IMG/VR virus record: IMGVR_UViG_3300032053_000003
Coordinates: 30,392-94,391 of that record
Origin: a virus
Strand: one strand, 5' to 3'
Length of the DNA stretch: 64,000 nucleotides
Shown: positions 9,658 to 18,837 of the stretch, in pieces
Layout: every line of letters begins with the position of its first letter
Position numbering within the stretch: position 1 is the first letter of the stretch
Made by a program: the position numbers and the translations under genes
Notes under the pieces: model-generated
The model's database searches: none
What the model saw: the letters and a program-made list of their open reading frames with translations, nothing else
Told to the model about the DNA's origin: nothing

Positions 9658-10157
9658 TTAACACTCTCCGTTATCTTTTTAAGTACAGGCTCAAGGAGTT
9701 CTTGTAGCTTTTTAACTCTTGGGTCTTCTAAGGCATTAGAGGAGTTAAGAACAGCCATGATCTCCTTGTGCTTCTCCTGAGGGGATAGAGCTGCATTCAG
9801 TCCCTCTGTGAGTTGTTTGAACTCTTCAGGGACACTGAAATGGAATAAAGCATAGGTAGAATCATAGCTATCATCCTCATCCTTTATGTACCCAGGAAGC
9901 TTTCTGAGATCTTCATTCCAGGGACCACGAGGAGGATCATCCTCTCCTTTGAAATATTCAGGGTAGTTCTCTTTGCAGCACTGTCTACTTTCGTAGTATT
10001 TACGATTACCACCACCAGTCCTGGTGTAGATAACTATTTGACTACCATCCCAATAACAGTCCCTGTACCTGGGGATCTGATCTTTGGTAGTACCCAGGAT
10101 GAACAGTAGCATGTTTGCAAAGCTGTTCTCTCCGTGAAACAGATTATACATGCTCAT
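9654..10157 (-). CDS. hypothetical protein (immediately downstream of rtcB)
   Basis: 167-aa ORF. Confidence 0.5.
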   Translation of the reverse strand: MSMYNLFHGENSFANMLLFILGTTKDQIPRYRDCYWDGSQIVIYTRTGGGNRKYYESRQCCKENYPEYFKGEDDPPRGPWNEDLRKLPGYIKDEDDSYDSTYALFHFSVPEEFKQLTEGLNAALSPQEKHKEIMAVLNSSNALEDPRVKKLQELLEPVLKKITESVK

Positions 10158-10299
10158 GGTTTTCCTTCTTACCTTTTCTGTAAGCAGTGTCTTCAGTGCT
10201 CTTGTAGTTGTAAATAGGAATTATCCTTTCCTTAATATATACAGTGTCTCCTATGTTGGTGATGCTTACAAACCTATTGAGGAAATTTTAGCTAGGTAT

Positions 10300-11391
10300 C
10301 TACACTACTTCTGTCAAAAAGACTTTCATCAAGAGTACTGCATCCTTCATTTCTTGCTCAAACTTTTCCATCGACAGTGTTCTCTTAGCTTCTCCTCTGC
10401 TCATAGTTCTACCGGCACCATGAGGAGCTGAGTAATTCCAGTCTTCATTGCCTTTGCCAACACACAGGAGACTACCATCTCTCATGTTGATAGGGATGAT
10501 CAGCTCTTCACCAGCCTGAGCACTTACAGCACCCTTTCTGAGAATACTATTCTGAACATCTACGTAGTTGTGAGTGGTAGTAAAAGCTTCCTTGATGCTT
10601 ATCTTCATGGATTTGGTAATTTCAGCTGCAATAGCTTCACGGTTGCATTTGGCATATGTCTCAAGGATCAGCATGTCATTGAGGTAATCCTTGGTATCCT
10701 GACCCTCAAGGTAAGCCAGTTCCTTGGGAACCTTCGGGACTACGTTCTTGAGTTTCTGAAGTTCTTCTTCGATCATATTAGCTTTTCCAGCAGCTTTTAG
10801 ATTTTTTATGGTTTTCTGAATAGTTTCCTTGGAGAAATGCAGGTTGGTATAAGCTAGATCTTGATAGTACTCACAGACCTGTTTACCTAAATACCTGCTG
10901 CCAGAATGGATCAAAAGGTACAGGTTGCCTTCACTACCCTTGTCTACTTCGATAAAGTGGTTACCACCACCCAAGGTACCAACACTCATTATGGCTCTGT
11001 TGAGGTCTATGTGTTTCTTACATTTGAGATCACTATAGTTGATCAGCTCATTGAAAGTATGAGCCTCGGATCTGATACTGGTGCCTGAAGGAATATGTTC
11101 ATGGATGAAATCATCCAGATGCTTTAGGTTGATTGTCTTATCGATGAGCCTGACAACAAGGATGCCACAGTTGATATCGACACCAACTAAGGAAGGAGTT
11201 ATTTGACTTCCTATAGTCATAGTTAGACCTATAGTGCATCCTGTACCTGTATGTACATCTGGCATTACTCTTATTTTACTTCCTTTAACAAATTCTTGAT
11301 TACATAAGGTTATTATTTGAGCTTGAGCTGATGATTCAACATCATTAGTAAATATCTTAGTAGTGTTGTATTTGCCCACCAGTATCATCAT
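10300..11391 (-). CDS. rtcB: RNA-splicing ligase RtcB (3'-phosphate/5'-OH RNA ligase)
   Basis: Motifs MPDVHTGTGCTIG, GGGNHFIEV, HSGSRYLG, NYSAPHGAGR are the canonical RtcB metal- and GTP-binding blocks. Confidence 0.85.
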   Translation of the reverse strand: MMILVGKYNTTKIFTNDVESSAQAQIITLCNQEFVKGSKIRVMPDVHTGTGCTIGLTMTIGSQITPSLVGVDINCGILVVRLIDKTINLKHLDDFIHEHIPSGTSIRSEAHTFNELINYSDLKCKKHIDLNRAIMSVGTLGGGNHFIEVDKGSEGNLYLLIHSGSRYLGKQVCEYYQDLAYTNLHFSKETIQKTIKNLKAAGKANMIEEELQKLKNVVPKVPKELAYLEGQDTKDYLNDMLILETYAKCNREAIAAEITKSMKISIKEAFTTTHNYVDVQNSILRKGAVSAQAGEELIIPINMRDGSLLCVGKGNEDWNYSAPHGAGRTMSRGEAKRTLSMEKFEQEMKDAVLLMKVFLTEVV

Positions 11392-11402
11392 ATCAAATCT
11401 CC

Positions 11403-12623
11403 CTATATGTTGCTTAAGTACTCTTGTGCATTGTGAAGTTCTTCTGCCAGCTTATCAGACAGTTCTTTCAACTTCAGGTATCTGTTATATGCATCCTTAT
11501 GTTTCTCAGCACCCAGTTCAATAATACGTTTTTCTTCTTCAAGAAGTTTAATGCTGCTTTCGATATCTTTGATCTTAGCATCAAAGATACCTTTAAGATC
11601 ATTAATTTTATCCTTAAGGATACGTTTTTCTTCTTCAGTATCATTCTTGAGGTTACTGATCTTGGCATCAATGCTGGCAACATTCCTGGTTATATTAGTA
11701 AACTTGTCTGCTCTTACTTTAAGAGAGTCAAGGATACTATTATCTACCTTAACAGGAGTCTTCATAGGAGTAGCAGTAGCACCCTTGCTTATGCTTGTAG
11801 TCTCTTCAGCTATAACTCTGTCATAAGATTTTCTGGTAGCAGATCTGATTATATCTTCCTCACTAATCGTGATTGGGGGACCCTCACTGAGTCCACTAAT
11901 CCTGGTTGGCCTGATTGGAGACTCTACAGCTTGATGGGTAGGAGCTTTAGTCCAATTTATTTTGAGTATGCCTCTTTTACTCTTTTGCACCTCTATCAGG
12001 TCTCTCCTCAAAAGGAAATTGTGGATGTGGGTAGATGGGCACTCCAGCTTTTGTGCCTCTATGATGTCTATCAGGTCTTTTCTTGGAATCTCGTTGTTTA
12101 CTGTTTTCTCACAGATGTACTCCATTAAGACTGATAAGGTAACAGGGTCCATAACTTCCTGTATTGGTCGTACCACAATTTCTTGTACTTTTGGAAGATT
12201 TGTCTTCACGATAGGCCAGGATAGTGGGTTGTAAGGTTTCTTAATGATATCACTAATGGGTACTTTTAGTGAAGGAGATTGCTCTCGTTCTTTTGTTGGA
12301 TACATTAAACTGATTGCTGTCTTGACTTTAATGTAAAAGCTATCCAGGGTTTCTTCCTTAGGTGGAAATATATAGACTTTATGTCGTGATGAGTTGTCAT
12401 CAGGTTTTATATTTAGTTCAAAACTTCCTCGTGATGTTTTAGGTCCCAAGGCAAATACAGGACTCTCCGAGCATGCTTTTATGCGTTCTCCTAGTATTAC
12501 ACCTATGACATCATCTGACCGATACCCAACTTTATAAAATAGTTTTTGTAGCAAAAGGGTAATATTCCTTGGGGTGTTAGTTGAGTGCTTACCTTTCTTA
12601 AGAATGATCGCAGGGTAATCCAT
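11403..12623 (-). CDS. hypothetical protein with C-terminal coiled coil
   Basis: 406-aa ORF; heptad-like EEEKRILKDKINDLKGIFDAKIKDIESSIKLLEEEKRIIE region. Confidence 0.5.
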   Translation of the reverse strand: MDYPAIILKKGKHSTNTPRNITLLLQKLFYKVGYRSDDVIGVILGERIKACSESPVFALGPKTSRGSFELNIKPDDNSSRHKVYIFPPKEETLDSFYIKVKTAISLMYPTKEREQSPSLKVPISDIIKKPYNPLSWPIVKTNLPKVQEIVVRPIQEVMDPVTLSVLMEYICEKTVNNEIPRKDLIDIIEAQKLECPSTHIHNFLLRRDLIEVQKSKRGILKINWTKAPTHQAVESPIRPTRISGLSEGPPITISEEDIIRSATRKSYDRVIAEETTSISKGATATPMKTPVKVDNSILDSLKVRADKFTNITRNVASIDAKISNLKNDTEEEKRILKDKINDLKGIFDAKIKDIESSIKLLEEEKRIIELGAEKHKDAYNRYLKLKELSDKLAEELHNAQEYLSNI

Positions 12624-12634
12624 AAATCCTCCTT

Positions 12635-12934
12635 TTATGCATCCATGTATTTTGGTGTGGCTTCTTTGATCTTTTCTAGGATACTTATAGTTAAATCCTT
12701 CCCCTGTAATATTTTTAAAGCATCTGGTCTATCCAGTAAAATAAAGACAAATTTACTTACAATCTTTTCCGAGTAACCGAGTATAGGATCAGTAATCAGT
12801 TGCTCCTTGAAAAATTCAATATCCTCTGGGGTCACAACACGAGTAAAACCGCAGATGTGCTCAATAGCTATACCAGAAGGGTAATGGCTAATAGCTGCTA
12901 TGAAGGATATAAATTCTTCAGGTAGATGATTCAC
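12635..12934 (-). CDS. hypothetical protein
   Basis: 99-aa ORF. Confidence 0.45.
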   Translation of the reverse strand: MNHLPEEFISFIAAISHYPSGIAIEHICGFTRVVTPEDIEFFKEQLITDPILGYSEKIVSKFVFILLDRPDALKILQGKDLTISILEKIKEATPKYMDA

Positions 12935-13377
12935 TGAGGCTCCACCTTCTTCAGACCAAAGAGCTTGGGTTCTTCCAGAGGTAACTTGACAGGTTTTATC
13001 TCTATGTGCTCAAGAATGAGGTCCAGCAGTTTGTTCATAGGGATGTAGTCTCTCCTGTACACTCTTCCTGGTTTGCCAGGTACAGGGGAAGATTGCCAAT
13101 TGGAACAACCAGATGGGTCTGAAGAGCCTGAGGTGCCTCCCACTCCCGACATATAGTAAGGATTAGGAACAGCATCTTCTTCTTCCTTCCAGTCATAGGT
13201 TACCTTATCAGCACCTAAGATGTTGTGATTGGTGGAGTCATTTTTGTGGAGGATTCCGATCTCTTTCCACAACTCTGGTACCTTACCTTTGTTGATCTGC
13301 CTTATAAACAGCTCATTCCTGGCACACCACAGGATCAATGAAAAGATTATAAAGCCTTCTATCCATTCCATGTTCAT
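12931..13377 (-). CDS. hypothetical membrane-anchored protein (N-terminal TM helix)
   Basis: 148-aa ORF; IEGFIIFSLILWCA hydrophobic segment. Confidence 0.5.
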   Translation of the reverse strand: MNMEWIEGFIIFSLILWCARNELFIRQINKGKVPELWKEIGILHKNDSTNHNILGADKVTYDWKEEEDAVPNPYYMSGVGGTSGSSDPSGCSNWQSSPVPGKPGRVYRRDYIPMNKLLDLILEHIEIKPVKLPLEEPKLFGLKKVEPQ

Positions 13378-13439
13378 AGGTTCTCCTTAGGTGTCCTTTT
13401 TTAAGTCATTATATATTTTATTAATGTCTTTTGACTATT

Positions 13440-13837
13440 TCATTTTATTAGATCCACTATATCACCCATAATATTGGCAACCTCATGGAATCCTGAGATC
13501 CCATGTCCACGATCCCATGCATAGGAGAAGGTTTTGTAACGCTTGGGGTGGTCTTCAATTTCATAATACTTGAAGAGGTCTTCTTTGAACTGGTTTATGG
13601 CAATAGCTTCCCTTTTAAGGTAGTCCTGTTTTATTGCCTTATTAGTTTCTAGTATCTTATCTACATTCTCTTTGACATTCTTACCACAGTTGGGACAGAA
13701 ACGGATTGAAGTTGTATGTACTCCATACTTAATTCCACACGGTTCTGGACATTTATAGTAGGTTAGTACCTCTCGGTTAGTACCTCTCCTCTTTTGACTT
13801 CATAAACCCCTTGCCTGATGTTATCAAAAATATCCAT
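13440..13837 (-). pseudogene. zinc-ribbon protein gene frameshifted by a 14-bp tandem duplication (restored product 127 aa: MDIFDNIRQGVYEVKRGEVLTYYKCPEPCGIKYGVHTTSIRFCPNCGKN...)
   Basis: ATG at 13837 with AGAGAGG SD gives a 24-codon ORF ending at 13763. Tandem copies of GGTTAGTACCTCTC lie at 13761-13774 and 13775-13788. Deleting one copy fuses the frame to the start-less 120-codon ORF ending 13440, giving exactly 384 nt. Confidence 0.6.
13761..13788. repeat. perfect 14-bp direct tandem duplication GGTTAGTACCTCTC x2
   Basis: read directly from sequence. Confidence 0.9.
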
Positions 13838-13851
13838 TATTTTACCTCTCT

Positions 13852-14244
13852 TCAGCTGAATTCCTCATCACAAAAGCAGTAACCTTCAGGGTCCTTCCAC
13901 ATCTCTCTTAAACGACTCTCATGGTGTTCCTGGCAGTAATCGTAGTGATTGATCATGCTCTTTCTCTCAGGAGCCTCTACGTTATCTATAAGGTCAGCAA
14001 GAGGCACTTCTGTTCCATACTCATTGAAGATCTTACCTTCTTCTGTTATTAACCAGTCTTTCCAATCCCTCCAAGACAGGATCTTAACCCCCAGATCCAC
14101 TTCTGGATCAGGTAAGCTTAGAAGATTGTCCCTGTACCCACGGAACAGGAACTGCCATCCTGCACTGGACTTTCCAATATGAGCTTCATTATACCTATCA
14201 CATAGGAGGCATATGTTGTATCTCCAATAATAATTAGTGCCCAT
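13852..14244 (-). CDS. hypothetical protein
   Basis: 130-aa ORF. Confidence 0.5.
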   Translation of the reverse strand: MGTNYYWRYNICLLCDRYNEAHIGKSSAGWQFLFRGYRDNLLSLPDPEVDLGVKILSWRDWKDWLITEEGKIFNEYGTEVPLADLIDNVEAPERKSMINHYDYCQEHHESRLREMWKDPEGYCFCDEEFS

Positions 14245-14246
14245 GG

Positions 14247-14435
14247 TTACTCCTTGTATTTTTCTACAACGTCACCGTTAAAGCATTTTCCTGGTATTTC
14301 CAAATTTTTGATAGTGTTATATAATAAAGTAGCTATGATTGGTACTCCCTGTCCTTCATAACCTGTTATTGTAATGTTGATATTCATTGGTGTCTCCTTA
14401 TTTTTTCTGAAGCAATTTTTCAATTTCCAGTGCAT
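14247..14435 (-). CDS. hypothetical protein
   Basis: 62-aa ORF. Confidence 0.35.
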   Translation of the reverse strand: MHWKLKNCFRKNKETPMNINITITGYEGQGVPIIATLLYNTIKNLEIPGKCFNGDVVEKYKE

Positions 14436-14643
14436 CCAGATCAGAAGGGGTGATCAAGCTTATTCTGAAATCAGATGCATTTGTTTCACTACTGTTTCCA
14501 GCATCTTTCACTAAGAAAAAATCTAAAGGTTGATAAGGTAGACGTACATATGGATTACCATCGTTCCAGCAGGTAATCTCATCATTACCCCTTTTTGCCT
14601 TCATCTCTTTCTTTAGGATTTCATATAGTTCTTTTACTATCAA
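14398..14643 (-). CDS. hypothetical protein
   Basis: 81-aa ORF. Confidence 0.4.
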   Translation of the reverse strand: MIVKELYEILKKEMKAKRGNDEITCWNDGNPYVRLPYQPLDFFLVKDAGNSSETNASDFRISLITPSDLDALEIEKLLQKK

Positions 14644-14936
14644 TATGGCCTCTCCTCTTCACCATTTGTTGATACTCTGGTGCCTTGCCATACACCTCTG
14701 TAGGGTACTGCTTCACCATCAATGTAATGAAAGTTCTCCTTCCACCTGCCTTGGATTCTAACCCGATCCAGTCCCAGAGTCATGATCATTCTGGACCCTG
14801 TGGATGCAGTCTGCATGCTCTTCAGCCATTTCTCAACCTGACTAATGGTCATCTTCTTAAACAGGCTTTCGATCTGACTAATGGTCGTTTTGGGGTCTTT
14901 TTTGGGGTCTTTTTTGGGGTCTATCTTATCTTCCAT
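14640..14936 (-). CDS. hypothetical protein with KDPKKDPKKDPK tripeptide-like repeat (start moved to Met at 14936)
   Basis: GGAGG SD 7 nt upstream of ATG at 14936; ORF-track start 15011 would overlap upstream gene by 86 nt. Confidence 0.45.
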   Translation of the reverse strand: MEDKIDPKKDPKKDPKTTISQIESLFKKMTISQVEKWLKSMQTASTGSRMIMTLGLDRVRIQGRWKENFHYIDGEAVPYRGVWQGTRVSTNGEEERPY

Positions 14937-16230
14937 TGGAGACCTCCTTCTGAGCAGCACGTTTCTTCCTGGGCTTTGCAACAATGGGTGGGTGGGTTTC
15001 ATTCGTCTCACGGTTAGGCTGAATCATATTGGGACCTGACTCGTGTGTGTACACAATCTTTTTGTCCCAGTAGAACGGTTCGATGTAGTTGGTATGACCC
15101 AGAACAGTCATGGCATAGGGTTTGGATACAGGGAGACCTGCTATGGACCTTGCAACACACCACCAATGAGAAAGGAAGATCTTACCTACCTCATTTTTGG
15201 CTGCATTTTTGATGTGGTTATCAGGCCACTCAGGACGTTTCTTGGTCTTTTTCTTAATCCTATCCTGGAATACAGCATAGTAAGGGCTGTGTTTGTTTGC
15301 TTCCAAACTGAGTTGGTGCCCTATTGTGTAGGCAACGGTCCTACCTTTTGTGGACCAGTTGTTCTTGATTCCCTTTGCTCTCTTGGGCTTCATCCTGGTT
15401 GTAATCTCAGTCCAAGGAGTCTTACATACAGAACAGCAGACCTCATTTTCTGCCTGTTGGATAGGTTTTTTGTAGGTGCTGCACTTAGGGCAACACTTCA
15501 CAGTATGAAGACCCAGGTAAGCATGCCATTTGGACACATTGGGAAAATCTTTAAGCTCTTGACGGTAGGTTAACAGCCCCTCGTTCTTAGCAGCTTTGCC
15601 ACATTTGCTGCATATCAAGGCACCCTTCTTTCCAGGTCTGCCTTCAAACTCGTCATCATCCAGATCTATCTCTTCCACAGCCTCCATACCTTCCTCGTTC
15701 TTCCTCTTCAGATCCCCACCACAAGTCTTACAGATGGGGATGAACCGATAGTAGAAGAGGATGATAAGGGCTGCAACGGTATTGACTCCAATACCAGGGA
15801 CCTTCTTTGCCCATTCCCAGATATCCCACTTTCCCATTCCCTCAAGGTGCCTTTCGATGTCATCAGTAATACGGCTTATGAGGGTCTTGGTACCAGGACT
15901 TTTCACCTGAATTCTCATACGATGTTGGATGATCTCACCCTTGTATTCAAAGCTGAAATCCACCCACTTCATTATGTTCTTGGACTTCAGGATGTTGTCA
16001 TCGATGTCAGTGAAGATGCTCCCTTCATCATCAGTCTCATCACTGTTTTTAGATTCACTAAGTCCAGGGATCTGATGTTGTCTTTGCAGGATGCCTTTGT
16101 TGCATTTGACATAGCTGTCACGGTTGTTGACCATGTTCTTAAGCAGGACAACATCCTGAGAATTCAGTGGGGGAATCGTGTTTCCGTAGGCATCAGGTTT
16201 TAGTGGGGGTATAGTTCTGTGGTTGTTCAT
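14926..16230 (-). CDS. HhH-motif plus four CxxC zinc-ribbon protein with IS110-family (Transposase_20-like) C-terminal signature
   Basis: WEWAKKVPGIGVNTVAALIILFYYRF resembles the IS110-family HhH block (..IPGIG..TA..LLAEIGD..RF); AYLGLHT resembles AYAGLAP; four CxxC pairs are inserted. No recognisable DEDD N-domain. Confidence 0.5.
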   Translation of the reverse strand: MNNHRTIPPLKPDAYGNTIPPLNSQDVVLLKNMVNNRDSYVKCNKGILQRQHQIPGLSESKNSDETDDEGSIFTDIDDNILKSKNIMKWVDFSFEYKGEIIQHRMRIQVKSPGTKTLISRITDDIERHLEGMGKWDIWEWAKKVPGIGVNTVAALIILFYYRFIPICKTCGGDLKRKNEEGMEAVEEIDLDDDEFEGRPGKKGALICSKCGKAAKNEGLLTYRQELKDFPNVSKWHAYLGLHTVKCCPKCSTYKKPIQQAENEVCCSVCKTPWTEITTRMKPKRAKGIKNNWSTKGRTVAYTIGHQLSLEANKHSPYYAVFQDRIKKKTKKRPEWPDNHIKNAAKNEVGKIFLSHWWCVARSIAGLPVSKPYAMTVLGHTNYIEPFYWDKKIVYTHESGPNMIQPNRETNETHPPIVAKPRKKRAAQKEVSNGR

Positions 16231-16307
16231 TGAAGGATCTCCCTTATATTGTATTTGTAAATCACGTTACATAATACAGGACAGATTTAGTATCTGTCAA
16301 GCATTTA

Positions 16308-16931
16308 TTAAATTTCTATCAGTTTCAAGTTTTTATGTGTCCATTTTGTTCCGATACTCTTTACACCATCTTTTTCAAGGACTATCTGAATACCATAAGC
16401 TCCGAAGAAGGATATAGCATCAAATCCCATGCTGTTGACCTCATCTATGGCTGCTTGGATTCTCTCCTCACCAGCAATCTCAAGAACGTATTGAAGAGTC
16501 AGGCTGGGCATCTTAGAGGTAATCATCAGATTCTCTATTAATACCTTTTTGGTGGGATGGTTCGGACTCACAGCATGTCTACGGTAAGGCAGGATAGTGA
16601 TAATGACCAGGCACCATAAGCCTTTTCGTAAGCTATCAGGTCTGTAGGCCATGACTGCACCCTGTTCAAATTTGGTATCATAGAACAGGAACTCCTGGAT
16701 CTTCTGAGGCTCATTTTGAGTTACATGCCTACAACATTTCTCGTAAAACTTCTTACGGTTCTCAGCACTACCAAGAGGGTGACCAGCTGTAAGGTGTTCA
16801 CGTTCCTCAAAGGAGTGACTGGTTTTGTAGATCTTGATGTCATATTGGGTGCTATAGTATACCTCTGCTTCCAGGGGATAAACTGTTTCTAGAAACTTCA
16901 TGAAGGTGTTTACTTTTTTAACCTTGTCCAT
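16308..16931 (-). CDS. hypothetical protein
   Basis: 207-aa ORF. Confidence 0.5.
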   Translation of the reverse strand: MDKVKKVNTFMKFLETVYPLEAEVYYSTQYDIKIYKTSHSFEEREHLTAGHPLGSAENRKKFYEKCCRHVTQNEPQKIQEFLFYDTKFEQGAVMAYRPDSLRKGLWCLVIITILPYRRHAVSPNHPTKKVLIENLMITSKMPSLTLQYVLEIAGEERIQAAIDEVNSMGFDAISFFGAYGIQIVLEKDGVKSIGTKWTHKNLKLIEI

Positions 16932-16940
16932 TTAGTCTCC

Positions 16941-17150
16941 TTAGTTTTGGTACCATCCTTTTACTTCCTTGAAGAAAAGAATGACGATATTACTTTCTCC
17001 ATTTCTCTCTCGGTTTTCTTTGAATCCCTGGATACCTTCAAGGGAGTCCATATTATATTCGGAAGTATGAGCATTTACTATAATCATATTTCCATTTTCA
17101 ATTTTGGTGTAGACTACAAAGAACGTCTTCATATTGGTTTCTCCAGCCAC
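16941..17150 (-). CDS. hypothetical protein
   Basis: 69-aa ORF. Confidence 0.4.
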   Translation of the reverse strand: MAGETNMKTFFVVYTKIENGNMIIVNAHTSEYNMDSLEGIQGFKENRERNGESNIVILFFKEVKGWYQN

Positions 17151-17470
17151 TTTTTAATAGTAAATCCATGGCATCTTTTGGGAATGCACCAGCATAATAA
17201 GGTGACTTTGTCATACCTGTCAAGGTGACTTTTTATCTGCTTTAGGTAATCCAGTACCTTTGGGTCCCTCAGTCCTACTTCGTAGAACCATACATCATAT
17301 TTTTTACATACCTCATCACGTTGAGCTTCATCATAGAGTACAAAGGGATTACCTACAGGTGTACGTCTATCGATCAAGAAGATCCCATTAACAGGATCAG
17401 GCTTCATCCCATGATGTGCATTGGCTATTATGACTATAAGGTTAGGTTCTTTCATAATTTTCTTATGCAC
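17129..17470 (-). CDS. DUF4326 family protein
   Basis: IDRRTPVGNPF ... LLCWCIPKRCHG matches the DUF4326 pattern (RxTPWGNPF ... CWCxPxxCHG). Confidence 0.6.
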   Translation of the reverse strand: MHKKIMKEPNLIVIIANAHHGMKPDPVNGIFLIDRRTPVGNPFVLYDEAQRDEVCKKYDVWFYEVGLRDPKVLDYLKQIKSHLDRYDKVTLLCWCIPKRCHGFTIKKWLEKPI

Positions 17471-17539
17471 CTGGAGGGACTTGAACCCCCAAACTCCAGC
17501 TTGAAGGGCTGGTGACTTTAACCAATTTGTCTACAGGTG
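17465..17539 (-). tRNA. tRNA, probable anticodon UUC (Glu), unusual C at position 33, no encoded CCA
   Basis: Minus-strand read GCACCTG-TA-GAC-AAATTGGTTAAA-GTC-A-CCAGC-CCTTCAA-GCTGG-AGTTT-GGGGG-TTCAAGT-CCCTC-CAGGTGC-A. Acceptor stem 7/7 bp, anticodon stem 5 bp, T-loop GTTCAAGT. Folded by hand. Confidence 0.6.
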
Positions 17540-17578
17540 CGTGTTGAGTGTAACACAATATTGCTATTAGAATAAGCA

Positions 17579-18046
17579 TTATATTTTTTCTCCTCTCTTC
17601 TTAAGCTCTTCTTCAAAGAGGTCTATGTAACCAAGAGGCTCTGCATCAATTATTCTGGCAAACTCCTGGTCAAATGTATCTAGAGCACCTTCAGCTGTAG
17701 GAGGAGTGCATGTGAGGTAGAATCTTCCTGTCTCTACTCCAATATATCCATTGTCTTTGAGCATGTTCAAAGTATTCCTGATATGCTGGGTAGTCATCTT
17801 TTCTATAGGAATTTGTCTACCATTTTTGGTTGTCCAAATTACTGTATCAGGGCCATTTAAGGAGTTGCTTTTTGTAGATCCTCCTCTTGCAGCAGTAAAT
17901 ATGTTTATGGGGTGGAACACAGTAGGAATGGTATTCTCTACCTTTTTATCTGTCTCGATGTTGGAACAGCATGCAGGGCAGATCATGTCAAAGAATTCTG
18001 AATCCTTTCCGTTGTATCCACAAGTTTTGCAGGTGTAATAGTTCAT
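17579..18046 (-). CDS. hypothetical protein with N-terminal zinc ribbon (CKTCG...CPACC)
   Basis: 155-aa ORF. Confidence 0.5.
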   Translation of the reverse strand: MNYYTCKTCGYNGKDSEFFDMICPACCSNIETDKKVENTIPTVFHPINIFTAARGGSTKSNSLNGPDTVIWTTKNGRQIPIEKMTTQHIRNTLNMLKDNGYIGVETGRFYLTCTPPTAEGALDTFDQEFARIIDAEPLGYIDLFEEELKKRGEKI

Positions 18047-18210
18047 ACAGACTTCCTTTGTTTTTTATATCTCAATTGGAGTGTGAAAATCTCATACTGA
18101 TCATCTTCAGCAGTTTGGGAATTGTAGTCAGCTATGTCCGATTTCAGATCTTCAACAATTCCTTTGATGTTGTCAATAGCTTCTCTTATCCTATCAGCTC
18201 TTGTTGACAT
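18043..18210 (-). CDS. hypothetical small coiled-coil protein (start moved to internal Met; ORF track gives 18354)
   Basis: GAGGA SD 5 nt before ATG at 18210; the long version overlaps the neighbouring 18194..18556 ORF by 161 nt. Confidence 0.35.
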   Translation of the reverse strand: MSTRADRIREAIDNIKGIVEDLKSDIADYNSQTAEDDQYEIFTLQLRYKKQRKSV

Positions 18211-18556
18211 CTTTATCCTCTTCTCTGTCCTTTGCCAGGACCAGTTCCTGTCCATTCCATTCATATTTGAGAACCTGGGCTTTGGTGTTCCATAGCCTTG
18301 GCTCATCTGTATACAGTGCATGCTCACCATCGATGTTCCAGTAAAGCTTCTCATCCTTCCTCTTCCATTGCCTTACCAGCTTGTTAATGGCAGGTGCTAT
18401 CTTCTTTGACCAGTTCTGGAGCCACCAGGGGACCCTACCATTGGGCATCCTGACAACAATAAATGCAGTGCATGCAGAGGGGGGATCAAAGGTTCCGTAG
18501 ACCATGATGTCTACATACTTTTGTCCGTCATAATCGATGAGCTTTCTTTCCATCAC
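18194..18556 (-). CDS. hypothetical protein
   Basis: 120-aa ORF. Confidence 0.45.
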   Translation of the reverse strand: MMERKLIDYDGQKYVDIMVYGTFDPPSACTAFIVVRMPNGRVPWWLQNWSKKIAPAINKLVRQWKRKDEKLYWNIDGEHALYTDEPRLWNTKAQVLKYEWNGQELVLAKDREEDKDVNKS

Positions 18557-18837
18557 AAAGTTCCCTTGCCTTCAGTAGCTCTTTTTGCATCAATGGCATC
18601 CATGGTCTTGAACAGACTTTCCAGCTCCATCTCTCTGTGGCACTTGGCACAATGGACACCACCATCATAACCCAGGTAGAAGCTGGTAGTGGTCTTGTAT
18701 TCAGGGTGATTGATACCAGTAGCCACTGGGTGCTTCTTGGCTTCTTCTTTGGTAATTCCACATCGGTCACAGGTATCCTTGTCATAGTTGTACCCATTGT
18801 GAGGGTGACCTTTGGGGTATAACAGTTTCTTCTTCAT
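18553..18837 (-). CDS. hypothetical Cys/His-rich protein
   Basis: 94-aa ORF with CDRCG and CAKCH pairs. Confidence 0.45.
   Translation of the reverse strand: MKKKLLYPKGHPHNGYNYDKDTCDRCGITKEEAKKHPVATGINHPEYKTTTSFYLGYDGGVHCAKCHREMELESLFKTMDAIDAKRATEGKGTL

Noticed and set aside
18528-18797. Minus-strand ORF 18528..18797 (89 aa)
   Set aside because: It overlaps 18553..18837 in another frame over nearly its full length. The latter has the Cys/His-rich composition typical of the neighbouring small zinc-binding proteins.
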